A DNA stretch of 61,364 nt, counting the filler. It is 6 parts of 6 records of this genome, joined end to end, with 100 filler letters (N's around TTAATTAATTAA, not from the genome) between each part and the next. Parts side by side here need not be neighbours in the genome. Positions count along the whole stretch, not along the records: positions 38,698 to 44,061 come from DRR723986_9973; positions 44,162 to 55,349 come from DRR723986_9975; 4 more parts are not named here. One strand, written 5' to 3'. The notes under the pieces are model-generated. The model worked only from the letters and a program-made list of their open reading frames with translations, had not been told where the DNA came from and ran no database searches. The position numbers and the translations under genes are program-made. Every line of letters starts with the position of its first letter. Positions within the stretch are counted from its first letter, which is position 1. Shown here piece by piece: positions 40,621 through 49,732 of the stretch.

Positions 40621-40727
40621 ATCACGTTTCGGGCATCACAACATGACCCATATGGATCAAACCTGGGAAAGTTGTTATATTTCCTTACCTTTCTAGAGCG
40701 GATCAAAGTCAATGACCCCACAGGCAG

Positions 40728-42488
40728 GTGCAGGCGAGACGTGAAGGCAGGGTAATACTCATTCGAGATGATGCGGAAAATAAAGGGCAGGTTTCACGGG
40801 ACCAGGTTATCGCTGCGATCTATGAGACTGTGCTGCGTCCTGAGCTCTACGAGCTGTTCATGTCCGCATGGGAAGACCATATTTCTAGTATCCTGAGTGA
40901 ACCGGATCTGGCCATGCGGCTGGATCAGCGCGATTTACAAGGCGGAATAGAGATTGACCCAGAGCTGCAGGCTCATTTTTCCCGGGCCTATGACATCTTG
41001 GAACAGCTTGGGCGTAAAGTGCCCAGATCAGAGCTAAAGCAACGAGTCCTTGAAAGTGCCGGGTTCACTCTTCTGTCACAACCAGATGGTCAGATCGTGG
41101 CCGCCGGAGGGGCCGCGCGCAAAATTGTGCAAGAGACGCAGTCCTTAGCGGCTTTGAACGATCACCTTACTGCCAATGGCATTCGTATGCTCGAGGATCT
41201 GTGCGAAAAGGCGCGGTGCGAACACGACGAGGCCCACTCGCCTATTGTGTTAACAACTGACATCCAGCCACGGCATTTGATTGCACGGATCGCCTTTGAC
41301 GAAGGCGCCCCGGTCCAAGTGTTGATCGAAGGGTTGGATTATCAGTGGACAGCAGAAGCCGAACAGATGCTGGTCACGTCTTTTGGCTTGTCGCGCGCCG
41401 AAGTTGACGTGGTGCGCAATCTAATGGCGGGATACACTTTGCGCCGTATCGCTGAGATATCTCAGCGGTCGGAACATACCATTCGCAATCAAACAAAGTC
41501 CGTTCTGGCTAAAACCGGGGCTCCGGGACAGGCTGATTTGATCCGTCTGGTTGCTTTTTTGATCGACAACGAAGATCGCCCGGATATGGGACATCCAGGC
41601 GTGGTTACCCTGCAAAGCACAATGTTCGAGATGAAGTCCGGTTTGAAAATGCAGGTTTTCGAATGTGGAGATCCCAACGGGTATCCCGTGCTTTACTTGC
41701 ACGGCATGTTGGACGGTATGGCGCCGCTTGAATACCTGCAAACACTGTTCCGCGCGCAGAGGCTGCGTGTGATTGCGCCGGTGCGGCCGGGGTATGGCTT
41801 GTCAGACGGGGTCGGAACCCCAGAAGAGGCTGTCGAAGTAATCGTCGGTCACGTGGACGAGCTGATTTCGCGGATGAAACTCAACCGCCCCGTCGTACTT
41901 GGCCATATGGCCGGTGCGCTGCACGGGCATTTCGTTTGCAAGCGATTGGCAAACCGGGTCGCTGGCATGGTGGCGGTTGCTGCAGGGGGACCCGTCCTGC
42001 GCATGAAACAGATTTCGAAAATGGCCCCGCGCCAACGTGTCATGGCCTATACTGCGCGATTTGCACCCGCTTTGTTGCCGTTCTTTGTGCGGGCAGGGGT
42101 GGCGTTGGTCGACAGTGATGAAATCGGTCAGTTTATGGACTCTTTGTACAAGCCCGGGACGCATGAACGAACCGTCGTCGATCAATTGGGCGTCGCCGAG
42201 TTGATGCATGCGGGGTATCGGTTTGCGGTGCAATCCGGGTCAACGGGATTTGTGTCGGATGGGCACATGATGGTGCGAAACTGGATGCCCGAAGTTGATG
42301 GATCAACGACGCCGGTGTTGCATTTGCACGGGGGGCGGGACCCGGTCATTCCAGCCTGCGCGACAGAACGATTTACCGCTGACTACGATCATATGGAATT
42401 CCGCCTCTACCCCGAGGCTGGGCAATTCCTCATCTACGAGCAACCTGACGTTGTTCTAAAGGCGATACGCGATTTGATCGCTCGCTAA
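40728..42488 (+). CDS. LuxR-type HTH + alpha/beta hydrolase fold fusion regulator
   Basis: FGLSRAEVDVV...IAEISQRSEHTIRNQTKSVLAKTG HTH; LHG, RPGYGLS, GHMAG, HGGRDP; start uncertain. Confidence 0.9.
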   Translation: MQARREGRVILIRDDAENKGQVSRDQVIAAIYETVLRPELYELFMSAWEDHISSILSEPDLAMRLDQRDLQGGIEIDPELQAHFSRAYDILEQLGRKVPRSELKQRVLESAGFTLLSQPDGQIVAAGGAARKIVQETQSLAALNDHLTANGIRMLEDLCEKARCEHDEAHSPIVLTTDIQPRHLIARIAFDEGAPVQVLIEGLDYQWTAEAEQMLVTSFGLSRAEVDVVRNLMAGYTLRRIAEISQRSEHTIRNQTKSVLAKTGAPGQADLIRLVAFLIDNEDRPDMGHPGVVTLQSTMFEMKSGLKMQVFECGDPNGYPVLYLHGMLDGMAPLEYLQTLFRAQRLRVIAPVRPGYGLSDGVGTPEEAVEVIVGHVDELISRMKLNRPVVLGHMAGALHGHFVCKRLANRVAGMVAVAAGGPVLRMKQISKMAPRQRVMAYTARFAPALLPFFVRAGVALVDSDEIGQFMDSLYKPGTHERTVVDQLGVAELMHAGYRFAVQSGSTGFVSDGHMMVRNWMPEVDGSTTPVLHLHGGRDPVIPACATERFTADYDHMEFRLYPEAGQFLIYEQPDVVLKAIRDLIAR

Positions 42489-42540
42489 GCAGTACCGACC
42501 GCCAGCGATTGCATGCAACTCATGGCTTAGCACTTGGCGA

Positions 42541-43197
42541 TCATCCGTCGCTGCTTTCGAACACCTCTTCAAAGGTACGTTTCAAAGCAACATCAACATC
42601 GTCCATGGTCACTGGGAGCCCGAGATCAACAAGGCTTGTCACTCCATGTTGCGTGATGCCGCAGGGAACGATGCCTGAAAAATGGTCAAGATCCGGTTCG
42701 ACGTTGATCGAAATGCCGTGAAAGCTCACCCATTTTCGCAGGCGAATACCGATGGCGGCGACTTTATCTTCGGCTTTCGATCCTGTGACGGTCAAAGGCT
42801 TGTCATCGCGCTGAACCCACACCCCAACACGCCCGTCCCGGATTTCCCCGACGACGTTGAATTCTGCCAAAGCGGAAATGACCCAAGTTTCGAGTTGTTT
42901 CACAAAGCGGCGCACGTCGTGGCCCCGTTTGCCAACATCCAGCATGACATAAACCACCCGCTGACCGGGGCCGTGATAGGTGTATTGCCCACCGCGTTTG
43001 CTGGGATAAACCGGAAACCGATCCGGATCGGTCAGATCCTCGATCTTGGCCGATGTCCCGGCTGTGTAAAGCGGGGGATGTTCGACCAACCAGATACATT
43101 CCTCGGCCTCACCAGCCGCAATTTCTGCAGCTCGTGATTCCATAAACGCAACAGCAGCGTCGTAATCGGTCAAACCGTCTGAAGTGATCCATTCCAT
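42541..43197 (-). CDS. lipB: lipoyl(octanoyl) transferase
   Basis: [32 protein letters not shown]. Confidence 0.97.
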   Translation of the reverse strand: MEWITSDGLTDYDAAVAFMESRAAEIAAGEAEECIWLVEHPPLYTAGTSAKIEDLTDPDRFPVYPSKRGGQYTYHGPGQRVVYVMLDVGKRGHDVRRFVKQLETWVISALAEFNVVGEIRDGRVGVWVQRDDKPLTVTGSKAEDKVAAIGIRLRKWVSFHGISINVEPDLDHFSGIVPCGITQHGVTSLVDLGLPVTMDDVDVALKRTFEEVFESSDG

Positions 43198-43238
43198 GGC
43201 GGGTGCATATCCGGTTGGGCAAAAAGGGGGAAGGGGGT

Positions 43239-43898
43239 TCAAGCCGCCTCTTCCAGAACGCGTTGTAAAACTTGGGCGTACGTTTCGGCCCCTTGTGCAC
43301 CCGTCGTCAGATACTTTCCACCGAACACCATTGATGGCACCCCGGAAATACCCCGGCTGGTCCAAAACTGCTGTTTCTCCCGGACCGACGCGGCATGACT
43401 GCCTGAACTCAAAACGTCGCGTGCGGCAGCGCCGGCCAATCCCACGCTGGTCACGCACCGGATCAGGGTTTCGCGATCAGACACATCCTGCTCCTCTGTG
43501 AAATAGGCGCTAAACAAAGCCAGTTTCAGAGGGTGCTGGAGGCCAAAAGATTCAGCCCAATCCAGCAATTGATGCGCCTCAAACGTGTTCACGATACGGC
43601 TGTCGTCAGAAAAATTGAAAGCAAATCCCAAATCTGATCCCAGCTTTGTGAGCTGCGCTCGGGCTTGTTGGCTCTGCTCCGGGGACGATCCGTATTTCTC
43701 CGTGATATGCTCACGAAGGTTCTGCCCTTCAGCGGGCATGTTTGGGTTCAACTCAAAAGGATGCCACCGCAGATCTGCCTGAACCCCAGTGACAGTGAGC
43801 GCTTGGTCTAACTGTTTGAAACCGACAATGCACCAAGGGCAAACCACGTCAGAAACGATGTCGATTTGAACCTTGGGTCGGGCGATTTGATCGGTCAT
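43239..43898 (-). CDS. DsbA/FrnE family oxidoreductase
   Basis: [25 protein letters not shown]. Confidence 0.93.
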   Translation of the reverse strand: MTDQIARPKVQIDIVSDVVCPWCIVGFKQLDQALTVTGVQADLRWHPFELNPNMPAEGQNLREHITEKYGSSPEQSQQARAQLTKLGSDLGFAFNFSDDSRIVNTFEAHQLLDWAESFGLQHPLKLALFSAYFTEEQDVSDRETLIRCVTSVGLAGAAARDVLSSGSHAASVREKQQFWTSRGISGVPSMVFGGKYLTTGAQGAETYAQVLQRVLEEAA

Positions 43899-43987
43899 AT
43901 TTTTGTCCTGTCGCAGAAGAATGCATGTGTGTTGGTGTACAGATAAGAAGCGGGGTGAGGAAATCAAACTGATGTGTAATTTCTCTC

Positions 43988-44020
43988 TTCACATCCCTGA
44001 ACAGAGCGTCTATACGCCCC
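43988..44020 (+). promoter_or_regulatory. stable-RNA type sigma70 promoter
   Basis: TTCACA-17 nt-TATACG-CCCC just upstream of the tRNA start. Confidence 0.65.
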
Positions 44021-44038
44021 TCACCAAGCCTAGACAGT

Positions 44039-44061
44039 GCGGTCGTGGCGGAATTGGTAGA
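44039..44061 (+). tRNA. 5' fragment of tRNA-Leu (cut by contig end; anticodon not visible)
   Basis: GCGGTCG-TG-GCGGAATTGGTAGA: acceptor strand plus Leu-type D-arm. Confidence 0.8.
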
Positions 44062-44161
44062 NNNNNNNNNNNNNNNNNNNNNNNNNNNNNNNNNNNNNNN
44101 NNNNNTTAATTAATTAANNNNNNNNNNNNNNNNNNNNNNNNNNNNNNNNNNNNNNNNNNNN
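44062..44161. other. artificial contig linker
   Basis: N44-TTAATTAATTAA-N44. Confidence 0.99.
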
Positions 44162-44569
44162 CATCACGCCGGGGCCGCCGCCGGTGACGATGATGTTGTC
44201 GTGCTGGCCGTTGTTGAGGCTGCGTTCGGTCACGATTCGGGCGAACTTGCGCGCTTCGTCATAGTACTTGGACAGATCCTTCAGGGTCTGGGTGCGGGCG
44301 CTGTCGGCCTTGGACGGTTCCGGGATCCGCGCGCCGCCGAACATAACGATGGTCGATTCCACGCCGTATTCATCCATGATCAGCTGCGGCTTAAGCAGTT
44401 CAAGTTGCAACCGCACCGGGCGCAGTTCATCCCGGCACATGAAGTCACTGTCAGTGAAGGCCAGCTGGTAGGCCGGCGCACGGGTCTGGGGCGTGTCCGG
44501 CACATGGCGTGCGGTTTCGATATCGGTATGGGCGTCGCGGAACAGCCCGTCGCGGGCGTCGTCGTTCAT
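44162..44569 (-). CDS. LOG / TIGR00730 Rossmann-fold protein, N-terminal part
   Basis: RPVRLQLELLKP, TIVMFGGARI, VTGGGPGVM. Confidence 0.9.
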
Positions 44570-44728
44570 TGGATCGTTTCCTTTCGGTCCTTGGCCAGGG
44601 TCCGACGCTACCTTGAGCCGCACGGGGAGGAAACCCGTCATCGCGCGGGTGTGACGGGCGTTTTTGCCGATTGAGCCAAAGCCCCCCGTCCGATATAGCG
44701 CCCGGGACCAAGACATTCGGAGGAACCC

Positions 44729-45556
44729 ATGTCCAACGCTCAGCTGGAAGCAGCCATCGAAGCCGCCTGGGACGCACGCGACCAGATCACCCCCGCCACC
44801 ACCGGCGAAACCCGCGACGCGATCGAGGACACGCTCAATGCGCTGGACAGTGGATCGTTGCGTGTGGCCGTGCGGCAGGACAGCGGCGACTGGCATGTGA
44901 ACCAATGGGCCAAGAAGGCTGTGCTTCTGGGCTTTCGCCTTAAGGACATGGAAATGCAGTCCGGCAGCGCCCAGGGCGGCAGCTGGTGGGACAAGGTCGA
45001 CAGCAAATGGGCGACCTGGGGTGAAAATGAATGGGGCGCGGCAGGTTTCCGCGCGGTGCCAAACTGCGTGGTGCGCAAATCGGCCTATATCGCGCCGGGC
45101 GTGGTTCTGATGCCGTCTTTCGTGAACCTGGGCGCCTATGTGGACAGCGGCACCATGGTCGACACATGGGCCACCGTCGGCAGTTGTGCGCAGATTGGCA
45201 AGAACGTGCACCTGTCGGGCGGCGTCGGCATTGGCGGCGTGCTGGAACCGATGCAGGCAGGCCCGACGATCATCGAGGACAACTGCTTTATCGGCGCGCG
45301 CTCGGAAGTGGTCGAAGGCTGCATCGTGCGCGAGGGGTCTGTGCTGGGCATGGGCGTCTTCATCGGCAAATCCACCAAGATCGTGGACCGGGAAACCGGC
45401 ACCGTCAGCTATGGCGAAGTGCCGCCCTACTCGGTGGTTGTCGCAGGGTCGATGCCGTCGAAGAACGGGATCAACCTTTACTGCGCGGTGATCGTTAAGC
45501 GGGTGGATGAGCAGACCCGGTCCAAGACCGGCATCAATGAGCTGCTCAGGGACTGA
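44729..45556 (+). CDS. dapD: 2,3,4,5-tetrahydropyridine-2,6-dicarboxylate N-succinyltransferase
   Basis: [39 protein letters not shown]. Confidence 0.98.
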   Translation: MSNAQLEAAIEAAWDARDQITPATTGETRDAIEDTLNALDSGSLRVAVRQDSGDWHVNQWAKKAVLLGFRLKDMEMQSGSAQGGSWWDKVDSKWATWGENEWGAAGFRAVPNCVVRKSAYIAPGVVLMPSFVNLGAYVDSGTMVDTWATVGSCAQIGKNVHLSGGVGIGGVLEPMQAGPTIIEDNCFIGARSEVVEGCIVREGSVLGMGVFIGKSTKIVDRETGTVSYGEVPPYSVVVAGSMPSKNGINLYCAVIVKRVDEQTRSKTGINELLRD

Positions 45557-45566
45557 ACGCGCCGTC

Positions 45567-45679
45567 GGGGCAGACTGGGGAAGGCGCGTCGACGCGCCTT
45601 GCTTCGCGCTCGGTCGACCGAGCGCCGGGGCGGGCTTTCGCAAGCCCGCAGACCCGCGGCGTCGACGCCGCGGTGCCCC
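45567..45679. repeat. array of four 20-bp palindromes closed by GGGGCA/TGCCCC
   Basis: 45581-45600, 45606-45625, 45630-45649, 45654-45673; three are perfect and centred on GTCGAC. Confidence 0.9.
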
Positions 45680-45764
45680 CGCCACAGCCAGAACGGATTT
45701 TCGGGTGCCTTGCCCGGCAACCGTGCTAGCATCCCGCCCAATCGAAACGGCGAGGAACTGAAAC

Positions 45765-46016
45765 ATGCAAGGTTTGGGATGGATCGCGGCGATTGTCGTG
45801 GGTGGGCTGGCGGGTTGGATCGCGAGCACCTTCATGCGGGCCGATACCGGGTTGGTTGCCAATGTGATCCTCGGGATCGTTGGGGCAATTGTGGCAAACT
45901 TCCTGTTGCGGCTGGTGGGGATCAACGCCTCGCCCACCTGGATTTCTCAGGGGCTGGTCGGCTTTGCAGGGGCCTGTCTGATCATCTGGGGCGCGCGTCA
46001 GCTTCGCGGGCGCTAA
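45765..46016 (+). CDS. GlsB/YeaQ/YmgE (transglycosylase-associated) stress membrane protein
   Basis: IVVGGLAGWIAS...NVILGIVGA...GACLII. Confidence 0.92.
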   Translation: MQGLGWIAAIVVGGLAGWIASTFMRADTGLVANVILGIVGAIVANFLLRLVGINASPTWISQGLVGFAGACLIIWGARQLRGR

Positions 46017-46096
46017 GGTCCACCACCCGAAAAACTTCGACGGAAGAGCGTATCCATCGCGTGTTACCCGGCATGACCCGCCGAGGAGGACGCGCG

Positions 46097-46861
46097 ATGA
46101 GGAAAGCCCTGATACTGACCCTGGCCCTTGGGCTTGGCCTTTGTGTGCAGGCCGGTGAAGCCCATGAGAACGAGGTGGACATCCGGCTGGAGGGCGACCG
46201 GCTTTGCGTCATCTCCAACTCCAGCCCCAACCACGATATCGGGCGCTTTCCGAACCGGGGCAATCCCAACAGTTTCTCTGAACAGACCACCCGCGTCTGT
46301 GTCGATGCGGAGCCGGAAGACACCGGCCGGATCACCGGGAATGTCCAAAGTTCGGGCATTTCCATTACCGGTATTCTGTTCCGCCCCGGCACCGCCGATT
46401 TCTACGATGCCAGCAGCCCGCGCGGCTTTTCGCGCGATCCGTCATCGGGGTGGCGGCTGGAGGGTATGGGGGCTGCGGACCTGTTGGGGATGGATGCCGA
46501 GAACGCCCATGTGGATCACCGGGGGCTCTACCACTATCACGGTGTATCCGAGAGCCTTGTGGGATCGCAATCGGGCAGCCTGATTGGCTGGGCCGCGGAT
46601 GGGTTCGAGATTCACTTTGTTGGCGACGGTGCCCAATCCGGCTGGCAACTGCGCGACGGCACGCGGGGCAGCGCGCCCTATGGGGCCTATGACGGCACCT
46701 ATGAGGAAGACTGGGTCTATGTGGCGGGCAGCGGCAATCTGGATGAATGCAATGCCGCCGTGGTGAACGGCACCATGACCTATTTCGCCACCGACACTTA
46801 TCCGTTTTTCCCCCGCTGCTTTCATGGCTCCGTCAGCAGCGATTTCATGGGTCGGCGCTGA
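46097..46861 (+). CDS. exported YHYH-domain protein
   Basis: Signal peptide; FPNRGNPN, GLYHYHG, IGWAADGF, LDECN; SD GAGGAGG. Confidence 0.92.
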   Translation: MRKALILTLALGLGLCVQAGEAHENEVDIRLEGDRLCVISNSSPNHDIGRFPNRGNPNSFSEQTTRVCVDAEPEDTGRITGNVQSSGISITGILFRPGTADFYDASSPRGFSRDPSSGWRLEGMGAADLLGMDAENAHVDHRGLYHYHGVSESLVGSQSGSLIGWAADGFEIHFVGDGAQSGWQLRDGTRGSAPYGAYDGTYEEDWVYVAGSGNLDECNAAVVNGTMTYFATDTYPFFPRCFHGSVSSDFMGRR

Positions 46862-46896
46862 CCCCAACTGTCCCTGAACAGCACGGCCCATGATGA

Positions 46897-46928
46897 TCCC
46901 CCGCCTTCCTTGTTCCGAAGGCGGGGGA
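46897..46928. terminator. hairpin between convergent genes
   Basis: TCCCCCGCCTTC-8 nt-GAAGGCGGGGGA. Confidence 0.75.
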
Positions 46929-46935
46929 CTTTCGA

Positions 46936-47136
46936 TCAGCCCTGACGCTGATGCAGCGGACAGGTGTTCAGGCCCAGAATGCGATAGAGCGGGCAAAAGC
47001 CCACAAGGCCGGTGGCCAGCGGCACGATGCCGACCCAGCCCCAGTTGGTCTGCGGGCCGACAAAGACCAAAGCGATAAGGACGATGCCTGCGATGATGCG
47101 CAGGGCGCGATCGAGATTACCTTCGTTGCGAAGCAT
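46936..47136 (-). CDS. DUF2892 (YgaP-like) membrane protein
   Basis: NEGNLDRALR...PLATGLVGFCPLY-ILG-NTC; SD AAGGAG. Confidence 0.93.
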   Translation of the reverse strand: MLRNEGNLDRALRIIAGIVLIALVFVGPQTNWGWVGIVPLATGLVGFCPLYRILGLNTCPLHQRQG

Positions 47137-47173
47137 GGCGCGACTCCTTTCAAGAGGCTTGCGATATGAGGGG

Positions 47174-47217
47174 ATTATAGCGCCGATGCCGGTCAGTCGG
47201 CGGTGACAGAGTCACCG
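47174..47217 (-). promoter_or_regulatory. Crp/Fnr-type activated promoter of the DUF2892 gene
   Basis: Palindrome CGGTGAC-AGA-GTCACCG (47201-47217) centred near -42 relative to a perfect minus-strand TATAAT (47174-47179). Confidence 0.7.
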
Positions 47218-47811
47218 TTCCTCTGCGGCAATCCGTTCCAACCCGGCCCGGTCCAGCACCCTGACGCCGCCGCGATGTTGTTCCACCAGCCCAGCGCGGG
47301 CCATTTCCGCCATGCGACGGCTGACAAAGGCGCGGCCCGAAGCGGTTTCGGTGGCAAGCGCGTGGTGAGAGGCGTGAACCTCTCCGCCGTCATCCACCAG
47401 CCGCAACAGAACCCGCGCCAGACGCGCGTCAAAGCCGGTCAGGGCCACGTCCTCGATCAGACGTTCATATTCCCCGAACCGGTTGGCCACGGCGGAAAAC
47501 ACCAGATCGCGAAAGGCCGGGTCGCTTTCCAGCCGGGTGCGGAACCGGTCGGGGGGGACCAGCTCGCCCTCCAGATCGGTTTCGGCCACGCCTTCGGCGG
47601 AATAGCTGCGCCCCTCGACCAGACAGGCGAAGGTTTGCAGGCACATATCGCCGGGGCTGACGCGATACAGTACCACCTCGCGCCCATTGGCGGCGGTCAG
47701 TGTGACCTTGATGGTGCCCTTGTCGAGCAGCACCAGACCAGGGCAGGCCTGACCGGGTTGGAACAGGGTGGTGCCCTTGGGAAAGGCGATGCGGCGGCGC
47801 AGGTCGGTCAT
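47212..47811 (-). CDS. Crp/Fnr family transcriptional regulator
   Basis: GTTLFQPG, GREVVLYRV-PGDMC cNMP-type domain; HHALATETASGRAFVSR HTH. Confidence 0.92.
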   Translation of the reverse strand: MTDLRRRIAFPKGTTLFQPGQACPGLVLLDKGTIKVTLTAANGREVVLYRVSPGDMCLQTFACLVEGRSYSAEGVAETDLEGELVPPDRFRTRLESDPAFRDLVFSAVANRFGEYERLIEDVALTGFDARLARVLLRLVDDGGEVHASHHALATETASGRAFVSRRMAEMARAGLVEQHRGGVRVLDRAGLERIAAEER

Positions 47812-47898
47812 ACCTTCAGGGATGAAACGAAGCGTCGCACAGGTCAACGGCCAAGGCGGCGCTTGACCGAAAGGACGCAGGGGGCTAGGGCGCAGGAC

Positions 47899-48234
47899 AT
47901 GGCAAAGGAAAAGAAACAACAGCAGGTCTATACGCTTGTGGTCGAGGTCGGTCGCAAGATCGGTGACGGCCTGCCCAAGGGTGCGACCGGCGCGGGGCTG
48001 ATGATTTACGCGTCCGGCGTGGACGAGGCCGAGGCGGTGCGCGAAACCGTGGCGATCCTGAAACAGGCGGATTTGGCGCCACTGGATGTTCAGGGCTATG
48101 GCACGCTGGAGGAACGGCGCGAGCTGGGCCATGAGATCCCCGAGGAAGAGATTGCCCTGATGCAGCGCGCCGCGGATGAAAACTCGGTCATCGTGGCGCA
48201 GATGACGCCCTATTTCGGCGATGGCGACGACTGA
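47899..48234 (+). CDS. conserved hypothetical protein
   Basis: QQVYTLVVEVGRK-GDGLP...EAVRETVAILKQAD; SD AGGA; host-like codon use. Confidence 0.8.
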   Translation: MAKEKKQQQVYTLVVEVGRKIGDGLPKGATGAGLMIYASGVDEAEAVRETVAILKQADLAPLDVQGYGTLEERRELGHEIPEEEIALMQRAADENSVIVAQMTPYFGDGDD

Positions 48235-48343
48235 CTGATTTGCCGATTATTGCTCAGGGTCTGTCGTGGGACAATGTCACGTATCCGAGACCGGCATCAC
48301 CGAGTACCTCAGAAGAGGGAGAGGATCGTAAAAGGCGTCGAGA

Positions 48344-49717
48344 ATGGACAGCAGACCCAAGATGATCTCTGCAAGAGCGGCACGCTTTCCTGTGTCTCCT
48401 GCACAGTATCTTTGTCTAGCACAAGACGCCGATCCCGATTGCCGGGATGACAGCCGAAGCAGATGGGTGCTGGCGAATGCCACGCTTGTCCAGCCAAGTG
48501 TCGACATGCGCCGCCTTCAGAGAGCCTTGGATAAGCTTGTCGCAAGGCATGACAGCCTAAGGACTCGTTTCGAACATGCGAAAGGTAGCTATTGGGCGCG
48601 GATCGATCCCGTCCGGAAAGCTCTTATCCAGGAAATCGACCTTGATCCGCTGGACGATGCCGCGTTTCAAGCTCGGATCAGGGAAATAGCCAATTCCCCG
48701 CTTCCCTTATCAGGTGAAACCCTATCAGAGCTGATCGTCGCGCATTGCGCGGAGCGCGGCGATGTCGTGATCTGGAGAGCACATCACGCAATAACCGATG
48801 GGTTTGGCATGGTTGTTCTACTTGAAGACATGCTGAAGCTGCTGATCGGATTACCGCTTTCAGAACCGGCGCTGGGATTTGGTGACTACACTGCGCGGTA
48901 TCTTATGCTCCCGGCTGCTAGTGCGAGAAAAAATGAAGCTTTTTGGAAAGAGATGCATCGGGATCTTCCCAAGGCACCGGATATCGGACGCAAGGCCAAA
49001 GGGCTGGAACCGCTATGGTTCAATTTGGGTGATGTGGAAGGCAGGCGGCTTCGTTTTAGCATCGCGCCTTTAACTCTCGATCAACTTACCAAGCGCGCTG
49101 CCCGCGAAAATCTTGGATCTACGGTAGTGTTGTTTGCGGGCTTTCTGGAGGCGCTTTGCCAGCAATACAATACAGATCGCCTCGCCTTCACGACTTTAAT
49201 TGCACGCAGCGACCCCGGATTGAACAGATTTGCCGGAGCACATTACTTCGATCCAATCCTTCTCTATAAGTCCATGGAGCAGAATGGGATCGAACAAGCA
49301 GCGCAACGGCTGAAGTCCGATATAATGATGGCAAGCAGCCATCTTCCGTCAGAAGCAGCTAGCCAAGCCACGGACTACGAAAAATCACTAGTTGAGGCGG
49401 GAATCTATCCTCGGCAATTTTCAATCCATCAGCCAAGACCCACCAACCGCTTGAAAAGGTCAACCTTTCGCGGGGGGCTTGACGTGGTTGCCGGTACTGC
49501 CCAGCGAATGGGCCCCTATCTTCTGACTCCTCTCGATGTATCGATTTATCGCCGAAGTCGCACCGATCTTCGGTTCTTGATACGCGAAGGACAGGCAAAC
49601 CAGGGCTTCGATCTCGAATATGACGGGAAGAGTTATTCAGAAGTCGAGATTCGAGCGTTGACTGAAAAAGTTCTGGAACTTCTGAACCTGGAGTTACTAG
49701 GGATAAGCAGTGCTTGA
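48344..49717 (+). CDS. stand-alone NRPS condensation-domain protein
   Basis: PVSPAQ (C1), ARHDSLRTRF (C2), HHAITDG active site (C3); no A or T domain. Confidence 0.88.
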   Translation: MDSRPKMISARAARFPVSPAQYLCLAQDADPDCRDDSRSRWVLANATLVQPSVDMRRLQRALDKLVARHDSLRTRFEHAKGSYWARIDPVRKALIQEIDLDPLDDAAFQARIREIANSPLPLSGETLSELIVAHCAERGDVVIWRAHHAITDGFGMVVLLEDMLKLLIGLPLSEPALGFGDYTARYLMLPAASARKNEAFWKEMHRDLPKAPDIGRKAKGLEPLWFNLGDVEGRRLRFSIAPLTLDQLTKRAARENLGSTVVLFAGFLEALCQQYNTDRLAFTTLIARSDPGLNRFAGAHYFDPILLYKSMEQNGIEQAAQRLKSDIMMASSHLPSEAASQATDYEKSLVEAGIYPRQFSIHQPRPTNRLKRSTFRGGLDVVAGTAQRMGPYLLTPLDVSIYRRSRTDLRFLIREGQANQGFDLEYDGKSYSEVEIRALTEKVLELLNLELLGISSA

Positions 49718-49732
49718 TCCTCGGCCCAAATT

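Noticed and set aside
44039-44061. tRNA fragment as a prophage att site
   Set aside because: It is the 5' end with its own promoter, cut by the contig break; att duplications are usually 3' ends and no integrase is present
45567-45679. Palindrome array as a CRISPR array
   Set aside because: Units are not identical, linkers are only 4-5 nt, and there are no cas genes
44570-45937. 607-aa minus-strand ORF as a long LOG fusion
   Set aside because: The upstream part is the antisense of dapD; the LOG protein starts at 44569 with its own SD
47203-47898. Long N-terminal extensions of overlapping ORFs 47203-48234 and 47212-48132
   Set aside because: Each extension is the antisense of the other gene; real starts are 47899 (+) and 47811 (-)
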